From Candidatus Aenigmatarchaeota archaeon (GTDB lineage: Archaea > Aenigmatarchaeota > Aenigmatarchaeia > CG10238-14 > SCSR01): 64,000 bases of DNA. Below are positions 60,201 to 64,000 of this stretch, piece after piece (the stretch's first letter is position 1; each line of letters opens with the position of its first letter). A program made the translations under genes and the position numbers. Location: contig JAVZHQ010000001.1 in assembly GCA_038998335.1 (NCBI GenBank), forward strand, positions 32,001-96,000, given 5' to 3'. The notes under the pieces were generated by a model. It was given only the letters and a program-made list of their open reading frames with translations, ran no database searches and was not told the origin of the DNA.

Positions 60201-60852
60201 CTTAAGCGTTTTTGTAAACGGTGTTGAAAAGTGCACTCAAAGCTTACTTGATTACAACTTCCAACCAGCTTCTACAAACCTTTTGATAGGAAACAACCCT
60301 TCTAACGAAAGACAATTTAACGGCGCCATAGACGAAGTTAGAATCTGGAACAGAGCTTTAAGCAACGAAGAAATAAAAAGTGAGTACGAAAAATTCAAGA
60401 AAATTTTTGGGCAACTGAAAGATAATAATGGTATGGTTCTTCATGCTAACATCACAATTTACCAAGAAAATACAGAAAATATAGTATCTTTAGTCAAGAC
60501 CGACGATTTTGGTAATTATCTTCTTCATATATTGACAGGGAAGTACGATGTCAAGTTTAGCTTTTTAGACTTTTCCGTTTCTGATTATTGGGTTAAATTT
60601 TTATCTCTCAACATATCTTCTCACCTTTTTAATCTTTTAAACCAAATAGGTAAAACAAACAACAAAATCTCCTTCAATTTAAATATCAGTAATGACCAAT
60701 TGATTGAAATTTACAGTCAAAGTAAGCCAACAAATGTTATGGCTAACGGCAAAAAACTGACTGAAGTTTTCTCTTTTTATAACTTGCAACCAAACACTTG
60801 GTTTTATGATTCGAGTGGAAAAAAACTTTATTTGGTTGTTTTAATTTCTTAA
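57268..60852 (+). CDS. Secreted M14 peptidase + beta-repeat/Ig-like + LamG protein
   Basis: Signal peptide; IGKSLEGRDI, IHGNE, NPDG, NLNRDF, EPET, NGH; F.QTGIPSGTPWGV repeat; LamG FNGAIDEVRIWNRALS. Confidence 0.78.
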   Translation: MRKFPAFLLAFLVSLIFFISESGAYDFAIINTTNVPEVNNIYEMFKNLGITYKSFSPSQVTSESVFSDVNGIVSFIDEGFPVANSSTVIEFAKNHVVICHAYDFANYYFPSYSTSYLKVSGSTVNYTKDWGNFRKNDKAHFQREDGTLYVFLSSSLEGDPTIEKIAQFDATRTAFFQKKGLTENTGFYVLDLKVTRNETEWSGIWHIFPAVKLVKNFPTGKYAMWMSNGVYWWDINWVNTFTDSLATNNPEIVSKIVIGKSLEGRDISAILIGKGNRYVIIDGAIHGNEKLSTFASLRFAEMIIENYKARGYWYDRLQELKVIIVPILNPDGFVHNWRQNARSYLYPSDYQKSGYAMAVNDQWIAHGIPNRAEVEGHKCNIVPQDSNVNGTVLSVNQTHFKVGLTWKSDGSPVTTPTNISWSCNATCCNLNRDFPPGADASEPETKALINLAANYTPIIYINGHEGAYYEYNKYYYASNLKEPYMGFAKRATSFAKTIFTNLKHWGYYTDGGTNYFLGRVDTGACCNNVFATYYVTWKHNASSYLVETIVWSSTYGARQQLYGFDYYLSFFDGVISHLDILKEKNFVIHSTAKIKSFNYDNQLIVMLDTSEAILPTQTVIFLGNYGKPNSVKIDGIEKSEGDGWVYYTDSNNITITGASNSIVLGWEPTYTATFYQTGIPSGTPWGVTVASNRYTSTASSLTVSGLTGTVSYSYDTIVPGVSGTRYSCVSDCSGYVSQEYNTTSANYITQYFLAMSVNPVGSGNVAPGNGWYNSSMSITISASPNPGYGFSSWNGSGSGSYTGIENPASITMNSPITEIANFVPFSDVIGYWKFDEGSGYEAKDSSVYKNNGIVNASWSLTNCLSIYCLNFDGIDDVINCSNSSILNPTPTGSITVEAWIYPRSYGGNGLGRVVSKETGTTANPYALELRNTTEAYTNGLIFCIGNGTSETCTIGSACNNIITLNTWQHVAGRYNRTHLSVFVNGVEKCTQSLLDYNFQPASTNLLIGNNPSNERQFNGAIDEVRIWNRALSNEEIKSEYEKFKKIFGQLKDNNGMVLHANITIYQENTENIVSLVKTDDFGNYLLHILTGKYDVKFSFLDFSVSDYWVKFLSLNISSHLFNLLNQIGKTNNKISFNLNISNDQLIEIYSQSKPTNVMANGKKLTEVFSFYNLQPNTWFYDSSGKKLYLVVLIS

Positions 60853-60861
60853 TTTAAGAAT

Positions 60862-61425
60862 TCAACAAATTTTTTCTCCCAAAATCTCAAAAATACTTTC
60901 ATTCACAAAAACTGGTACTTCATAATCAACTCTTGCAGCTATAGCTAAAGCATCGCTTGGTCTAGAATCTAAGCCAAGAATCAAATTACCTTGTTTTAAA
61001 AAAAGTTTTGAAATGTAAGTTATTCTCCAGCTGCAATTTTCTTCTGGTAAGCAAGTCTCGTTTCTTGCTTCTGTTATTTTTACCATCAAAACTTGAATTC
61101 CAAAGTTTTTTAGCATATCTTTTATCAAATCATGAGTATAAGGTCTTGGTCCTAAAATTCTTTCCATTCCCCTTCCTATGGAAATTGCTTGGTTTTTATC
61201 AACCAACATACTTATTTGTTTGCAATCGCTTGTTAACCTAACGATTCCTTCATCTTCTTTTATTTCAACAGAAACAGAAGAAGGGGCAAAACCTATTGTT
61301 GAGAGTTGGGGCAAAGCAAAAAAAGTTGAGAAGAGATTGCTTAGCAAATACCAAAAGAATAAAATAGCCAATATCAAAATTAAAAAAATCGTTGTGAATT
61401 TGTAAAAATTCCTTTCTTTTTTCAT
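60862..61425 (-). CDS. Bifunctional nuclease (DUF151) family protein with N-terminal TM helix
   Basis: QAISI, PRPYTHDL, DSRPSDALAIA, PVFV. Confidence 0.82.
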   Translation of the reverse strand: MKKERNFYKFTTIFLILILAILFFWYLLSNLFSTFFALPQLSTIGFAPSSVSVEIKEDEGIVRLTSDCKQISMLVDKNQAISIGRGMERILGPRPYTHDLIKDMLKNFGIQVLMVKITEARNETCLPEENCSWRITYISKLFLKQGNLILGLDSRPSDALAIAARVDYEVPVFVNESIFEILGEKIC

Positions 61426-61448
61426 AATTTTAAAATAGCATTAGGCTT

Positions 61449-62417
61449 TTAAATCTCTAAGATGCAATCTTCCAAATTCTTATCGTTCCTTAACCTTACA
61501 AAGGAAGGAGCTCTTAGTTGTAAATCTTTTGTTATCTCCATAAACTTTACTTCACATATTAGCTTGGGCTTAACCCAGTTTACTATTAGATCAGAAGGAA
61601 GTTTTGGTTTTTCTTCTAAAGGACATTCGTCTATTCTCAATTTTTTCAACTCTTCTGTAAGCTCAGCATAACCTTTTTCATCCAAGCCAGTTCCACATCT
61701 TCCTACATACTTTAATTTTCCTTCATGGAAACAAGCTAAGATCAAAGCTCCAAAGTATTTTTCACGCCAGCCTTCACCTTTTGTGTACCCTACAATAATA
61801 CAATCTAAAGTTTTTAAGAACTTTATTTTTAGCCAATTTTTACTTCTTTTTCCTATTTCATACTTTGAATCTAAGCGTTTTGCCATTATCCCTTCTAAAC
61901 CTCTTTCCTTGGCTTTCTCAAAAAGTTCTTTTCCTTTGCCGATTATATAGCTTGAAAGCATTATTCTTTGATTTTCTTTAACAATACTCTCCAAAATCCT
62001 TTTTCTTTCAATCAAAGGTTTATCAACTAAGTCTTTTCCATCCAAATGTAAAATATCAAAAACTACATAAGTAGCTGGCATGATTTCAGATAAAAGCTTA
62101 ATTCTTAATTTTTCTCCAACATGCTCTCTTGTCTGCAAAGCAAAAAAATCTGGTTTGCCTTCTTTAAAGACAACTATTTCTCCGTCTAGCACAACTCTTT
62201 TCGCTTTTATGTTTTCATAAATTTTAAGAAGTTCAGGATAGTTTGACTCGAAGAACTTAAGCCTTCTGTTGAGAAACCTCACTTCCTTTTTTTCTTTATC
62301 TATATAAGCTATAGTTCTTGTGCCATCTAGCTTGATTTCAAAGCAAAATTCTTCAGAGTCAAAAGGTTCTGATATATAAGCAAGCATCGGTTTTATTATT
62401 TGTTCAAAGAGTGGCAT
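61449..62417 (-). CDS. ATP-dependent DNA ligase, LigD/LigC ligase-domain type
   Basis: KPMLA, EIKLDG (adenylated Lys), LDGEIV, FDIL, EGIMAK, WLKIK, VGRCGTG, LRAPSFVRLRNDK. Confidence 0.92.
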   Translation of the reverse strand: MPLFEQIIKPMLAYISEPFDSEEFCFEIKLDGTRTIAYIDKEKKEVRFLNRRLKFFESNYPELLKIYENIKAKRVVLDGEIVVFKEGKPDFFALQTREHVGEKLRIKLLSEIMPATYVVFDILHLDGKDLVDKPLIERKRILESIVKENQRIMLSSYIIGKGKELFEKAKERGLEGIMAKRLDSKYEIGKRSKNWLKIKFLKTLDCIIVGYTKGEGWREKYFGALILACFHEGKLKYVGRCGTGLDEKGYAELTEELKKLRIDECPLEEKPKLPSDLIVNWVKPKLICEVKFMEITKDLQLRAPSFVRLRNDKNLEDCILEI

Positions 62418-62504
62418 AATTAGATTTTATAAAAGAAATTATTTCTTTTCTTCTTTTTAATCTCAAAACTCTGGAAAATTGGATTAGGTAAAATTATCCA
62501 AAGT

Positions 62505-63314
62505 TCATCTACTGTTCACTTCTTTCTTTTCCTCTTTCTTCTTTTTCTTTTCAGCAAATTCTACACTAGCTTTTAAAGCCTCTACAAGCTCTTTCGTTTC
62601 AGGAATTTTCTCTTCTTTAACTTCAATTTCTTTTCCTTCTGCTCTTGCTTTTATCAGTTTCATAAGTTCTTCTGTGTAATTATCTTTAAATTTAGAGACA
62701 TCAAACTCTGACTCAGTTAACTTTGATATCAAAGCTTGGGCTAACTTAAGCTCTTCTTCTTTTACAGTTACTAAATTCTTAAGCTCGCTTATCTCTTCTA
62801 TATCCTTTACTTCTCCTAGATAATGTAGAATATGCATTACCAAGCCCTTTTTAAAAGCTCTTATCGCAACCAAGTATTCTTTATTCCTCATAACAACTTT
62901 TCCTATAGCAACTTTATTAGCTATTCTTAAAGCTTCAACAAAAAGAGAGTAAGCTTTTACTCCTGTTTCTTCAGGAGCAATATAATAGCTTTTTTCTAAG
63001 AAAATAGGGTCTATTTGAGAAGCATCAACAAATTCTTGAATTTCTATTGCTTTTGTTGTTTTTAACCTGAGCTTTTCTAAGTCTTCTTTTTTAATTATCA
63101 CATACTTTTCTTTTGTTATCTTGTATCCTTTCTCTATATCTTCATAGGCAACTTCTTTCTCGCATTTTGGACACCATCTTTTATAAACCAAAGGAGTTCC
63201 GCATTCTTTATGTAAGTTATTAAAAGAGATTATTCTACTCTCTGTTGCAGGGTAAATTTTTATTGGAATATTCACTAAGCCAAAAGATATGCTTCCTGAA
63301 AATATTGCTCTCAT
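62505..63314 (-). CDS. ku: Prokaryotic Ku (NHEJ DNA end-binding) protein
   Basis: MRAIFSGSISFGLVNIPIKIYPAT, KGY, IDPIF..SYY, AIGKVVMR, FKDNY, LVEALKASV, basic tail. Confidence 0.95.
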   Translation of the reverse strand: MRAIFSGSISFGLVNIPIKIYPATESRIISFNNLHKECGTPLVYKRWCPKCEKEVAYEDIEKGYKITKEKYVIIKKEDLEKLRLKTTKAIEIQEFVDASQIDPIFLEKSYYIAPEETGVKAYSLFVEALRIANKVAIGKVVMRNKEYLVAIRAFKKGLVMHILHYLGEVKDIEEISELKNLVTVKEEELKLAQALISKLTESEFDVSKFKDNYTEELMKLIKARAEGKEIEVKEEKIPETKELVEALKASVEFAEKKKKKEEKKEVNSR

Positions 63315-63330
63315 TTTCCCACAATTTAAA

Positions 63331-64000
63331 TTATGTGATATAATTTAAATCTAACTTTTTTGCATAATTCGCAACTTCTTTAAACTCTTCTTGAGTAATA
63401 CTTCTATTTATATCAATCTGTTCAAGAGCCTTAAACTCTGGCCTGTATTGGTCCATTATATTAACAATACACCTATCCTTAATGTTTTTTGCAATCCATT
63501 CCAATACTGGCTTGCTACAGCACTCAACATGATTGGGTAAAATTAAATGCCTAACAGTTAGTTCAGCTTGATTAGAAGCTATCAAATGATTTCTTGAAAC
63601 TATCTCAAAATAATTTTTTACTTTTGAAAGTCTAAGAGCACATTCATCATTTCCGTACTTAAAATCTGGCAAGTAAAGATCAACAATTCCTTCAAGAATT
63701 TTCATAGTCTTTTCGCTCATATAAAAGTTAGAGTTCCAAACTACTGGAATATTAGCATTGCAATATTTTAAGCTTTCAAGAATTGTTAAAAGATTAGGTG
63801 TAGGCTCACCACCAACAAAATTAACGTTTCTACAACCTTGTTCTCTTCTTTTTTCCATGATTCTTGCTAGTTCCTTTGGAGTAATTAAATAACCTTCTTC
63901 AAACCATTGACTTATAGTCCAATTCTGACAATACTGACAATGAAAGTTGCAGCCCATGAAGAAAACTGTATGGCTTGGAGTAATGTGGGCTTCTTCTCCG
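63331..64000 (-). CDS. Radical SAM protein (PflX-like), 5'-truncated by window edge
   Basis: CNFHCQYC (CxxxCxxC), NFVGGEPTP, YLPDFKYG, VRHLILP, MDQYRP; frame open to the window end. Confidence 0.9.
   Translation of the reverse strand, partial: GEEAHITPSHTVFFMGCNFHCQYCQNWTISQWFEEGYLITPKELARIMEKRREQGCRNVNFVGGEPTPNLLTILESLKYCNANIPVVWNSNFYMSEKTMKILEGIVDLYLPDFKYGNDECALRLSKVKNYFEIVSRNHLIASNQAELTVRHLILPNHVECCSKPVLEWIAKNIKDRCIVNIMDQYRPEFKALEQIDINRSITQEEFKEVANYAKKLDLNYIT

Noticed and set aside
337-61671. Numerous 60-160 aa ORFs antisense to or nested in recognised genes (e.g. 7868-8293, 21297-21632, 31915-32406, 55678-56091)
   Set aside because: Shadow ORFs of well-supported genes, with Phe/Ser/Leu-rich antisense composition and no motifs
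1-64000. CRISPR array, rRNA or transposase
   Set aside because: No regularly spaced repeats, long GC-rich structural RNA or transposase motifs seen

Overview
AT-rich, densely packed archaeal chromosome segment. A DPANN-like, probably Aenigmarchaeota-type, origin is inferred from gene content and compactness but not verified. From left to right: membrane and soluble pyrophosphatases, a P-type ATPase, rpoE'/spt4 and redox/NAD genes; a ~20 kb glycolysis/gluconeogenesis plus glycogen island containing two free-standing HTH-LAGLIDADG genes; RHH-MinD; the exosome/proteasome/RNase P/ribosomal superoperon with FEN1, GlyRS and SepF; a GH5 gene; two tRNA-Pro genes; an intein-containing HerA-like ATPase; five tandem large secreted hydrolases sharing a ~50-aa module; and a Ku plus ATP-dependent ligase pair. 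Main discovery: the FBP aldolase/phosphatase gene, which the ORF track shows as broken, is interrupted at its conserved ADIGS motif by a 23-nt insert (14651-14673). The insert folds into a canonical bulge-helix-bulge (BHB) splicing substrate, and cutting at the canonical positions exactly restores frame and motif. This candidate mRNA mini-intron lies ~70 nt downstream of a free-standing LAGLIDADG endonuclease gene, suggesting a coupled endonuclease/mini-intron mobile system. tRNA-Pro(UGG) also appears to carry a non-canonical intron in its variable loop.
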